A stretch of 64,000 bases of DNA from an uncultured bacterium (GTDB lineage: Bacteria > Bacteroidota > Bacteroidia > Bacteroidales > Muribaculaceae): positions 27,504 through 91,503 of the forward strand of contig CAJMNI010000001.1 of assembly GCA_905214735.1 (NCBI GenBank), in the 5' to 3' direction. Shown here piece after piece: positions 30,607-39,575 of this stretch (position 1 is the first letter of the stretch; each line of letters starts with the position of its first letter). The notes beneath the pieces were generated by a model. It had not been told where the DNA came from. It searched no databases and saw nothing but the letters and a program-made list of their open reading frames with translations. A program made the translations under genes and the position numbers.

Positions 30607-31208
30607 TTCACGTTAATGTCAAAAATTGTTAAGTCATCGGCGCCTGCCCGGAGTCGCGAGCCCCGGATCATCGGGATGCCGCAGGGAGAGAGGGCGCCAA
30701 GGATAATGTCGCCGGTCTTGATCGTATTGTCGCAGCTGACGAGCGCTACAATCTGATCAATACCGGTCGTGATTTTGTCAAGTTGATATTCGAGTCGGCT
30801 GTCGCCGCTTTCTGCGGAGAAGGCCGCATAATTTCTAAACGCAGATATGGGCATGAAATTGCCAAGCAGGCAACTTCTGTCGTAAGCCACCGCCCGGGTC
30901 CAGGGCATCCCCCTCTTTCTCAAAGCCTCAAGCAGGGTGACGTTAACCACCGAAAATCCAATCGCGGCCTCGTCGTAATATCTCGGCGCGAACCGCGGAG
31001 CGACGCTCTTGCCGAGCTTGCAGATGCGATAGGCCGCCGATGGAAAAGCGACATAGCTGTCGGTTTCGGATGGAACGAAAAAGGGATTGCCGCTCCGCGA
31101 AATCGCCGAGTCGGGAATTTCATACCATAAGGGAGACTCCGCGAGTGCGAAAGGAGATTCCTCCCTGCTTCCCGTATCATAATTGCCAAAGGCCGCAAAT
31201 ATTTTCAT
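30603..31208 (-). CDS. Fumarylacetoacetate hydrolase (FAH) family protein
   Basis: 201 aa. C-terminal FAH-like region (GDIILGALSPCG...). Translationally coupled to rex upstream and porU downstream. Confidence 0.55.
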   Translation of the reverse strand: MKIFAAFGNYDTGSREESPFALAESPLWYEIPDSAISRSGNPFFVPSETDSYVAFPSAAYRICKLGKSVAPRFAPRYYDEAAIGFSVVNVTLLEALRKRGMPWTRAVAYDRSCLLGNFMPISAFRNYAAFSAESGDSRLEYQLDKITTGIDQIVALVSCDNTIKTGDIILGALSPCGIPMIRGSRLRAGADDLTIFDINVK

Positions 31209-31840
31209 AGCGAGTTCAGACGGTTGAAAATCAACGCTAAGTGCGCATAGATCGAGGTGTTGGCCATAACTATTCCTTCGGCCACCTTCACCCTGTAGGG
31301 GGTAAAGTTCCAGATTGCCTTTATTCCGGCTCCGATTGCTATGTCGGCCGACTCCTGGGCGGCCTCGGCGGGAACAGTGAGGATGGCGATGCTCGCCGGA
31401 TCCTGCTCCATCACCTCGCTCAGATTGTCGATGTGATGAATCGGCACGCGGCTATCTTTCGCCCCGACCACTGCGGGACTGACATCGAATCCGGCCACAA
31501 TCTCAAGGCCATATTTCGAGAGGCCGGAGTCGCGGATGAGCGCCATTCCGAGCGAGCCGCAGCCAAACACGTAGGCGCGGTGCTGGCATGAGAATCCGAG
31601 GAAATCGCGGAGAGCCTCCACGAGCGCGTCGACCTCATAGCCGATGCGCGTGCGCCCTTTCACGTTGAGAAACGACAGGTCTTTAGCTATCTGGGAGGCG
31701 TCGACGCTCAACGAGCGCGATATGCGCGTAGATGAAACGTGCTCAACCTTCTGGCGCTGAAGAATCTCTACGTATGCAAGATACCACGGCAACCGGCGCA
31801 GCGTCGGTTCGGGCAATATTATCTGGTTTTCTGAACTCAT
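31205..31840 (-). CDS. rex: Redox-sensing transcriptional repressor Rex
   Basis: Aligns along its length to B. subtilis Rex: LPEPTLRRLPWY winged helix, VSS...S..VDASQIAKDLSF, Rossmann GCGSLG, AILTVPAEAAQ, GIKAIWNFTP. Confidence 0.88.
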   Translation of the reverse strand: MSSENQIILPEPTLRRLPWYLAYVEILQRQKVEHVSSTRISRSLSVDASQIAKDLSFLNVKGRTRIGYEVDALVEALRDFLGFSCQHRAYVFGCGSLGMALIRDSGLSKYGLEIVAGFDVSPAVVGAKDSRVPIHHIDNLSEVMEQDPASIAILTVPAEAAQESADIAIGAGIKAIWNFTPYRVKVAEGIVMANTSIYAHLALIFNRLNSL

Positions 31841-31858
31841 ATTATTCTTCCGTCCGGC

Positions 31859-34800
31859 TCATTGTCCGGTCACTGCGAGTTTCTTGGTCTTTGACGTGTA
31901 AGTTCCCTCGGGGCTCTCGACTGTGGCGCGGTAGAGATATATTCCTCTCGGCACTCTCGCACCCGACTTGTCGCAAAGATCCCAGCGGGCAGTCATGGTG
32001 CTGTTTATGTCGCTCTTGGCAGCCTGGTCGTTTTCCCAGATCTTGCGGCCGTTGAGGTCATAGACCGCTATGTTGCAGTTCATCTTGGTGTTCGGACGAT
32101 CGATTTCGAGGCGGAACACCACGCTCGTCGAGGCGGGATTGACGTCGGTCGAAAGATCGTAGATCACCGGGTCGACTGCCGCACCGACATTGAAGTCGAG
32201 GCTCTGCTTGGTAACGTTGTTGGCGTTGTCCCACACGGTGAACACCAGCGTATGCTTCCCGGCCGTCAGTCCGGTCATCGGGTAGGTTATGGTGCCTCCC
32301 CCCTCGGTCTCCGGATCAGACGTGTAGTAAGCGCTCACATTGTCAAAAATCTGCTTGCCATCGACGATCACCGACATCTTGTGGCCGATGCCTGTGTCGG
32401 AAAGATTGATGCCCGACGGATCCTGCACTTTGGCGAAAAACACCGGCGAGGAGTTGACAAGGCCGCCGTTCTCGAAATTCGGGTTGTTGAGATAGATATA
32501 ATCCACAACCGGACCCTCCTCGTCGGCGGCCGCATCTTCGTTGAAGCCATAGACATAAAGACGGTCGCAGGCTCCGTTGGCCTCGCGCCCCTTACCATCC
32601 CATGCATAGACCGTGATACGCGCCGGCGAATAGTTGTTCTCTATTTCGGGCGGCAGGGTGAGAGTGCCGGAGAAAAGACCGTCGACCACCTTGACGTTGA
32701 GCGATGTGAGCCGCGTCTTGCGGTCGTTGTAGGTCACCGACTTGCCGTTGTCGCCGTTGCCGTAGGTGGTGATCACTCGCTCGGCGTCGTAGAGAAGGAG
32801 ATTGGCCGTGCCGTTGAAGTCGGAGGCAAGCGAACCGTCGGGGTTGAGAATCCGACCTTCCACTTTGGGAGTGCCGAGCGCCTTCACCTCGGGATATACC
32901 ACCGCTCCGGGGAGCACCGATACGCCGTCGATCGTAGTTATTTCAGCGCTGTAATCGGGCGAAAGGACTCTGAGGGCGGGATCGCCGATGAAGGCGTAAC
33001 GAAGCTTGTTGGTGTCGTTGCCGGTGTCGTTCTTTCCCTCGATATAGACGTCGCCGAGGCGTTTGGCTTTTCCTTCGGCGTCGCGCTCGAAGTAATGGCG
33101 GGTAGTGCGGTCGTTGAGCGTTCCGTTCTGCGAGATGTAGACGGTTCGCGTGGCAGCCATCATGCCGATCACTCCTCCTTCAGGATTGAGGATAAGGTGC
33201 TCGGCGCCGCTCTCTTCAGGCGCGTCCCAGAAGGAGAAACCGCAGGTGGCGGCATACATGAACGTCAGGTTGCGGTTTGACATGTTGACGATGTCGTTCC
33301 ACTGCCAGAGATGCTCGTGGCCCCAGCCTGTCGGAGAGGCATGACCGATATAGTTGGTGAAGATCACTCCGTCGTTGTAGTTCTGGAGCATTCGCTCCGT
33401 GGCCTTCGGATAAGCCGGACCCACACTCGTCTGCTCGAGCTTGTAGCTGTCGAGATAGAGGCGGTCATAAAGGAAATTCGAACCGTTGCCGGCGTTGAGA
33501 AGATTGTTGTAGACCTTCTCCGACTGCGTGAAATGCACGGCGTTGTCGTTGTCGTCGGCGATAAGCATCACTTTGTTTCGCCATTCGCCATACTCGGGAT
33601 TCTTCACATAATTCTCGATCTTGGTGGCTACGTCGAGCGCCTCCGAAGCCGTCGTGACCGGAATGCGGCCTATTGGAATAGTGCATTTTGCCGAGGCGAG
33701 GTTCATGCGGCCGGGATCGACGTCGTCGAGCATGCCGATGAAGTCGTCGTTGGAATATGAGGAGGTTTCCGACAATCCCGTGGGTGACTGCCATATCGGT
33801 ACCGGAGTGTAGCTCAGGTTCTTGACCTCCAGCGACACCCCCTTGGGATCGAATGTCGGCTTGCCCATGATCAGACAGTAGGATATCTGGCGCTCCGACT
33901 CGCGGTCGCGCCACATCTTCAGCAGCTGGCGAAAAGCCGACACGTCGGCCGTACCGCCCGAAAATTCGTTGTAGATCTGCTGCGGAGTGAGGATCGCCAC
34001 CTTGAATCCGTCGACCTCTTCGTGAAGCTTCGCTATCCGCTTGGAGCCCTCCATATAATCTGTCTCGGTGATGATGAGCATGTCGGGCTCCTCCATGCCG
34101 TGGATGTTCTGGTTGGCAAGGAGGCTGCCGCGGGTGGCTGTGCCGGTGATCTGGTCGGGATTGAAGGCCACATATTCGCGATATCCGTCGCCCGGATTGT
34201 TGAATGTGGCTTTGTCGCCCGAAAGCTGATGGCTCACGAGCGTCGGCGCCGTGTGGTCGGTCACGTCCCAGATCTGCGTTGCAGAGGAGCAGCCGGAGAC
34301 AACCATTGAAGTCGGACTGTCGAAATTGCCGTAGAAATAGAGCTGGCCGTTGCGCAGGGCGAGCGAGCGCTCGTAGAAGACTTCGATATAGTCGAGGCGC
34401 GCCGTGAAAAGCGCTCCGGAATAAGAATAGTCGATTGTAAGATCAAGATGGTCGCCGGCATCCTCCACACTCTTGGAGGTGAGGCCCATCACGCAGTAAC
34501 TGTCGGCGTTCGACACCGAGGAGATGCGGTCGCTCGCCGTCGAGGGGAGCCTGGTGCCGTTGGCCGTGAATATCAGCGACGACTGGCCGTTGGTGGTCTT
34601 TGCGCCGAAACTTGTCACAAAAAATGCATTCCCGTCGACATTGTCGGGGAGATCGAATGAGAATTTCTGCGATTTAGTGGAGCGGAAATCCTCGCCGAGC
34701 AGATTGCGTCCGCTTTCGCCGGGGTGCTGCAGTTCGCGTTCATGCACGATGCGCTCCGTGAAGGTGGTTGCGGTCCTGACAGTAGTCCCGGTGGTGAGAG

Positions 34801-35257
34801 CCTGGGGCATATCTTCAGCAGCGATTTCGCGGTCGCTCACAAAATAGAGGCTCTTCTCGCAATAGGGGTTGATCACATGCTGATAGGGCACGCTCGATCC
34901 GCTCGATGCCGACCAGGTGAAATGGTCGGCGGCAAAAAACAGGATCCCTTTCGCTGTGCGCACCGACGGCAGGAGCGGAAGGTCGTTGGGGATGCGTTCG
35001 GTGAGCCCTTCCGGAAGCATGCGGCCCCCCATGCCGTAGACATGGACCTTCGAGGGGTCGGAAAAGCCCATGGCGCGGAGATCGGCGTCGGTGATCAGAT
35101 GCATGCCCGACTTTGTCACCGACACGCTCATCCAGCGCCCCGTCGACAATACCGATGCCTCAGGGTAATGATCCGTCGGAAGAGCCGAGGCCGTGATGGC
35201 CGACACTCCAAGCAGACCTGTAAACCAATATCTTAACCTTGTTATGAATGATGTCAT
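31859..35257 (-). CDS. Gingipain-like C25 cysteine peptidase paralogous to PorU, with cargo-type T9SS CTD
   Basis: 1132 aa. N-terminal region aligns with PorU (LSTGRWMSVSVTKSG...GFSDPSKVHVYGMGG). C25 dyad contexts NYIGHASPTGWG and YAATCGFSFWD. C-terminus ...VYDLNGRKI...GIYLYRATVESPEGTYTSKTKKLAVTGQ looks like a T9SS CTD. Confidence 0.65.
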   Translation of the reverse strand: MTSFITRLRYWFTGLLGVSAITASALPTDHYPEASVLSTGRWMSVSVTKSGMHLITDADLRAMGFSDPSKVHVYGMGGRMLPEGLTERIPNDLPLLPSVRTAKGILFFAADHFTWSASSGSSVPYQHVINPYCEKSLYFVSDREIAAEDMPQALTTGTTVRTATTFTERIVHERELQHPGESGRNLLGEDFRSTKSQKFSFDLPDNVDGNAFFVTSFGAKTTNGQSSLIFTANGTRLPSTASDRISSVSNADSYCVMGLTSKSVEDAGDHLDLTIDYSYSGALFTARLDYIEVFYERSLALRNGQLYFYGNFDSPTSMVVSGCSSATQIWDVTDHTAPTLVSHQLSGDKATFNNPGDGYREYVAFNPDQITGTATRGSLLANQNIHGMEEPDMLIITETDYMEGSKRIAKLHEEVDGFKVAILTPQQIYNEFSGGTADVSAFRQLLKMWRDRESERQISYCLIMGKPTFDPKGVSLEVKNLSYTPVPIWQSPTGLSETSSYSNDDFIGMLDDVDPGRMNLASAKCTIPIGRIPVTTASEALDVATKIENYVKNPEYGEWRNKVMLIADDNDNAVHFTQSEKVYNNLLNAGNGSNFLYDRLYLDSYKLEQTSVGPAYPKATERMLQNYNDGVIFTNYIGHASPTGWGHEHLWQWNDIVNMSNRNLTFMYAATCGFSFWDAPEESGAEHLILNPEGGVIGMMAATRTVYISQNGTLNDRTTRHYFERDAEGKAKRLGDVYIEGKNDTGNDTNKLRYAFIGDPALRVLSPDYSAEITTIDGVSVLPGAVVYPEVKALGTPKVEGRILNPDGSLASDFNGTANLLLYDAERVITTYGNGDNGKSVTYNDRKTRLTSLNVKVVDGLFSGTLTLPPEIENNYSPARITVYAWDGKGREANGACDRLYVYGFNEDAAADEEGPVVDYIYLNNPNFENGGLVNSSPVFFAKVQDPSGINLSDTGIGHKMSVIVDGKQIFDNVSAYYTSDPETEGGGTITYPMTGLTAGKHTLVFTVWDNANNVTKQSLDFNVGAAVDPVIYDLSTDVNPASTSVVFRLEIDRPNTKMNCNIAVYDLNGRKIWENDQAAKSDINSTMTARWDLCDKSGARVPRGIYLYRATVESPEGTYTSKTKKLAVTGQ

Positions 35258-35427
35258 TGACGATTATGTTTCTGCGCCACGCCGGCGCGGAGGCCGGTGC
35301 GTGCCGCGTATGCGGATATCTATTCCGTAAAATAACGTTATTCGATAAGATAACGGAGTTTTTCCCTTTTTAGTGTAACGGATAAGGATGGCGCCCCGGC
35401 ATATCATCTCCCAGTTTCTGACGGTGC

Positions 35428-36189
35428 TTACCTCGTCGGTTTCTCGGCAAGCACGCGCTCCCATTCAGCCCTCGAGCCGTGAAACACGTTGAGGTCTACC
35501 TCGCCCCGGATGCCGGCTACTTTCCCGTGGTGATAATATTGCCAGAAGGTCCAGTCGTTGTTGGCGGAATTGTCGTCGGTGAAACTGCATATCCAGAGAG
35601 GGAAACCTCTGAAATTGCGGAAAAGATATTTCTCATAGCCGGCTCTGTTGGAATAGAACATCACGCGTCTCCCCTTCAGGTTGAGATAGTCGACCATCTT
35701 CTGGAGATTCTCGGCCACCTCTTCGGGAGTGTAACCTTCGGGATTCCCTTCGGCCTCGACGTCGATCACCATGCCAAGTTCGAGCGGGCGCGCCCCTACC
35801 GACCGCATGAGATTGACGGCCTGCTTCACTCCGTCGACATCGAAGCGGAAGAAATGATAGGCTCCGACTTTCATTCCGGCATGACGTGCCTTCTGATAGT
35901 TGAGCACAAAGTTTTCATCGCGGAAGTTCTCTCCTTCCGATGCCTTAATGAAGATGAATTCTATACCGTCGTCAGCCGCGGCGTCGAGGTTCATCATCCC
36001 GTTGTGGGCCGACACGTCGATCCCTTTCACGGGGAAGCGTTCGGGGTCAACATAGGGGGGCGTGGTGATATATTCCCGATAGGCCCACCATATCGCCCCG
36101 ACAAGGAGCAGCGAAACGAGCAGAAACCAGCCCGCCACCACCACATCCTTCCGCGGACGCTTCAGCAATTTGTCGAGTTTCAATAACAT
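35428..36189 (-). CDS. Glycoside hydrolase family 25 muramidase (lysozyme) with N-terminal membrane anchor
   Basis: GIDVSAHNG...DDGIEFIFIKASEG...GAYHFF motifs of GH25. N-terminal TM segment. Overlaps the upstream membrane-protein gene by 10 nt. Confidence 0.85.
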   Translation of the reverse strand: MLLKLDKLLKRPRKDVVVAGWFLLVSLLLVGAIWWAYREYITTPPYVDPERFPVKGIDVSAHNGMMNLDAAADDGIEFIFIKASEGENFRDENFVLNYQKARHAGMKVGAYHFFRFDVDGVKQAVNLMRSVGARPLELGMVIDVEAEGNPEGYTPEEVAENLQKMVDYLNLKGRRVMFYSNRAGYEKYLFRNFRGFPLWICSFTDDNSANNDWTFWQYYHHGKVAGIRGEVDLNVFHGSRAEWERVLAEKPTR

Positions 36190-38006
36190 GGCAGGCTCCT
36201 TTCTCCCGATTCCGGCCGATATACTATCATATAGCGCATCGTGTCGACAGGCGCGTATCCGAGTTCGGCGAGCGTCGACAGAATCGCTCCGGTCTTCTTT
36301 TCATTATGGAAGTAGTTGGAAAATTCCCCTCGGCCATGCATCTGGTCGTCGCCCGGTCGGCTGAAATCGCCTGCCGGAGCCGCCAACCTCATAACGAGCA
36401 CCGGAGCCTTGCGCAACTTTCGGCTGAGTTGCAGGCGCAGCTGATCGGCCGACAAAAGTTCGGGGCTCTGGTTGCCGATAGCGGGAAGCGTGCCGGTGAG
36501 GTAATGGAGCATCGGCGCCATTCCGGAGATGAACACAGGCTCTCCTTCCCGGGCCACCGAGTCGACCTCAGCCACCATCTCACCGAGAGCACGAGCCCTC
36601 TGAGGCGAGGTGTAGACGCCACGGCCCCCGTCGACGCCAACAGCACCGCGGCATTCCCACAGAGGCGTGCTGTCGAAATAAACCCCTTCGGAAGCAGCTC
36701 GGCCAAATGCCGCAGCTCCGATCAGAAGAGCAATGGCTGTCACGAGATTGCGCGACGCCGGGAGTGTGGCTCCCGCGAATTTATGCAAAAATCGGGTGTA
36801 AAAAAGAAACGCCGGAACCGAGGCAAGCCACATTGCCTGCGTGCCGTTGTTGATAATAGCGCCGTCGCTCCCGAGCGGAAAGATCAGGATCACGGCCAGA
36901 CCGGCGACTGCCGTCGCCCTGATGCGCGGTGTTGAACGCCAGATTGCCCCGACACAGCCGATAATGAAAAGAGCCCCGAGAAAATAGGTGAAGGTCGAGC
37001 TTCCCGACCGGAAGGCATATTTCACCACGACAACTACTGCCGCTGCCACCCACACCACATTGAGAGCCCGCCGCAGCGAACGGCTTTTTACCAGCCGGCC
37101 CGTTATCGCTGCCAGAGCAAGCACTCCGGCTATCGCTATGCCGCAGCGGAACATATTCATATATGCCCTCAGCTGGACGGTTATCAGATTGACCGGGCCG
37201 TGACTCACTTCAGCCGATTGCGATGTGACCATGTTCATCAGATCAGCAAGATGATGAAAGAAAATGGTGTTATGCCCGAGAAGCAGCATCAGCAGGAAAA
37301 CGGCGAGGATTCCGGTAAGCCATCCTCCGAGATACCCTAACATCAGCATCGAAAGCTGAAGCCCCCGGCGGCGCATTCCCCGGCATCCTTGCCATGCCAG
37401 CAACGGAATTATGAGAATATAGAGAATGCCGAGGAGATTCGGCATCCTTGAAAAGACGTTGATGCCGAGCACTATTCCGGAGGCGATTATCATCCGGTCG
37501 CAATGACCGGGGCGAGCGGTATATGACGTTCTTCCGTCGTCAGGCAACAGAGGGGACAATCCTTTGAGCATCAACCGGAGGCCTACGCAGGTGAGAAGGG
37601 CCGACAGCTGATCGTAAGAAAAAGTGAGCGGCATGTCGAGCTGCTCAGCGAGAATCACTACTATTGCCGCCACAACGATCGGGCGCATGCGCCGATCGGG
37701 GAAAAGCGACGCAACGGTCAGCGCCGTCAGCGTGTTGACAATCAAGCCGACGAGCCGCATCCCGAACATACCGGGGAAGAGCAGCATCAACGCGCCGCCG
37801 ACCACGTCGGTGAGATAATGCATGAAGCCATATTCCACAGCTTCCGGATGAGTGAAAATATTGGCATACGAGGCGAGATAAAAACCGGAATCGCATAATT
37901 CCACGCCGAAAAAGAGCGGCGGCAACTGCAACGCCACGCATATTCCGGCAAGCAGAAGCATATACTTCCAGTCAATTCTCCCCGTTTTATTATCTGACAA
38001 CTTCAT
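36180..38006 (-). CDS. Large polytopic membrane protein (608 aa), possibly GT-C-like glycosyltransferase; function unknown
   Basis: Twelve or more hydrophobic segments plus a C-terminal soluble domain. A TAATTTTG -7 element lies 4 nt upstream of its ATG on the minus strand (38011-38018). Co-transcribed with the GH25 gene. Confidence 0.55.
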   Translation of the reverse strand: MKLSDNKTGRIDWKYMLLLAGICVALQLPPLFFGVELCDSGFYLASYANIFTHPEAVEYGFMHYLTDVVGGALMLLFPGMFGMRLVGLIVNTLTALTVASLFPDRRMRPIVVAAIVVILAEQLDMPLTFSYDQLSALLTCVGLRLMLKGLSPLLPDDGRTSYTARPGHCDRMIIASGIVLGINVFSRMPNLLGILYILIIPLLAWQGCRGMRRRGLQLSMLMLGYLGGWLTGILAVFLLMLLLGHNTIFFHHLADLMNMVTSQSAEVSHGPVNLITVQLRAYMNMFRCGIAIAGVLALAAITGRLVKSRSLRRALNVVWVAAAVVVVVKYAFRSGSSTFTYFLGALFIIGCVGAIWRSTPRIRATAVAGLAVILIFPLGSDGAIINNGTQAMWLASVPAFLFYTRFLHKFAGATLPASRNLVTAIALLIGAAAFGRAASEGVYFDSTPLWECRGAVGVDGGRGVYTSPQRARALGEMVAEVDSVAREGEPVFISGMAPMLHYLTGTLPAIGNQSPELLSADQLRLQLSRKLRKAPVLVMRLAAPAGDFSRPGDDQMHGRGEFSNYFHNEKKTGAILSTLAELGYAPVDTMRYMIVYRPESGERSLPCY

Positions 38007-38053
38007 ATCACAAAATTAAGCAATTTCCATCTTATATTAGACTTTCGCGCCAT

Positions 38054-38068
38054 TTTTTTGTAATTTTG
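38054..38068 (+). promoter_or_regulatory. Promoter -7 element TTTTTGTAATTTTG for the membrane-protein array (ATG at 38079)
   Basis: Identical to the elements at 18094 and 42694. Only 10 nt from the ATG, which implies a near-leaderless mRNA. Confidence 0.55.
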
Positions 38069-38078
38069 CATTCCTGTT

Positions 38079-39575
38079 ATGAGCAAGATTCTTTCCATCC
38101 GGTCTATTGTCACGCAGGCCTATATCTGGCTTGCGCTTCCGCTGTTAGTATTCTTCGCGGCCTGGCTGAGATGGTATGTCGCGCTCCCCTCTCTCGCTCT
38201 TCTTCTCTTCACCTTCGGGTATATGCTGCGGCGCAGAAAAGATTCCTCTTTTTTCACATCTTCCCATTTTGCCGACGTCAAGGTCAACCGCAAGCTCATA
38301 ATCATAGCCACACTACTGCTTATATACACGATTTATTGTGGAGTCGGAGGTTTTTTCTGGCAGGCCACTTCCGACCATCATTTCCGTTCGGCCGTATTTT
38401 TCGACCTCGTAAAACGCCCGTGGCCCGTGACTTATCCTCCGCTTGCCGACGGCGAGCCAAGAATGCTCTGCTACTACATAGGCTATTGGCTCCCTGCAGC
38501 GGTAATGGGCAAACTTTTCAGCGGATACGTGATGCCCGGCAACTTCTTCCTCGTCCTTTATACGGCATGGGGCCTTTTCATCGCCATCTCGTTGATAATA
38601 AGCTTCACCGGAGGACGGCCGCGCTATCTGATTCTGCTCATTTTCCTATTTTTCGGCGGCTGGGACCTTTTCACATCGCTAATATACGCCACCGATCAGC
38701 AACGCGTCTCTCTCAACACTTTCCTCATATCGGGTATCAACTATGATTCCACCATCTATCACGGCACCGCAAATCTAAGCATACTGACCGCCCAAGTCTT
38801 CAACCAGGGAATCCCCGCCCTGATCGGCTGCCTGCTCGTAAGGTTCCACTGGCAAAAACCGCAGTTCCTTCTCCTTCCCTTTTCCCTTCTCTTTTTTATC
38901 GCGCCGCTCCCTTGCGTGGGTCTGGCAGTGATCCTTATTCCGCACATGCTCGGCAACCTGAAAGAATCGTCCTCTTGGCAAAACTTCGCCTCAATGGGGC
39001 TTTGCATAGTGCCCGCGCTATATTTCATGCAGAACAGGAACGCAGGAACCATTCTGTGGCACATCTCCGACGGACTGGGGCCCGCGGTTCTCGAAAGCGG
39101 AATTGTCTGGCTTTGTCTCGGTCTCGGCATATTCCTTCCCTTCATCTGGCCGCAAGTGAAACGCAACGTCCCCTTCTGGACCCTGGTTGCCTTCGCCTTT
39201 TTCGCCCCCTTCCTCCAGATGGGACAAGCCCAGGATTTTGGTCTTCGCGCCGCTACTCCCCTCTCAATCTATCTTTTACTCCTCGTCACTGACGCAGCAT
39301 GCCGGGTCAGAAGCTGGAAAACAGTCAGAGGAAAACTATTTGCCGTCACGTTGTTCCTGGCATCTTTCGCGCCGGCCGGCATTTATTACTTTATCGCTTA
39401 CCATGCTGTGGCCGACTGCATCATCGGAGGTGCAAAAGCCATGCGCGACCGTGGCCAGGGCAAACTCGCCAATCCCGAAGAGAATGTGTTCTACAACAAC
39501 TTCATTGCCACCGGCGACGGCTTCTTCTCGCGCCATCTGATGCGCCATCCGGTTAATAAACATGATTTGCCATGA
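38079..39575 (+). CDS. Polytopic membrane protein, paralog A of tandem triplet (498 aa); uncharacterised family
   Basis: About 12 TM segments. Conserved blocks shared with copies B and C: QAYIWLALPLL, PWPxxYPPxDG, YYxGFWLPAA, NQGIPAxLG, and C-terminal FYNNF..GFF..LMRHP. Confidence 0.7.
   Translation: MSKILSIRSIVTQAYIWLALPLLVFFAAWLRWYVALPSLALLLFTFGYMLRRRKDSSFFTSSHFADVKVNRKLIIIATLLLIYTIYCGVGGFFWQATSDHHFRSAVFFDLVKRPWPVTYPPLADGEPRMLCYYIGYWLPAAVMGKLFSGYVMPGNFFLVLYTAWGLFIAISLIISFTGGRPRYLILLIFLFFGGWDLFTSLIYATDQQRVSLNTFLISGINYDSTIYHGTANLSILTAQVFNQGIPALIGCLLVRFHWQKPQFLLLPFSLLFFIAPLPCVGLAVILIPHMLGNLKESSSWQNFASMGLCIVPALYFMQNRNAGTILWHISDGLGPAVLESGIVWLCLGLGIFLPFIWPQVKRNVPFWTLVAFAFFAPFLQMGQAQDFGLRAATPLSIYLLLLVTDAACRVRSWKTVRGKLFAVTLFLASFAPAGIYYFIAYHAVADCIIGGAKAMRDRGQGKLANPEENVFYNNFIATGDGFFSRHLMRHPVNKHDLP

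Noticed and set aside
35264-35464. 66-aa ORF between the C25 paralog start and the GH25 gene end
   Set aside because: Overlaps the GH25 3' end and intergenic sequence. No support.
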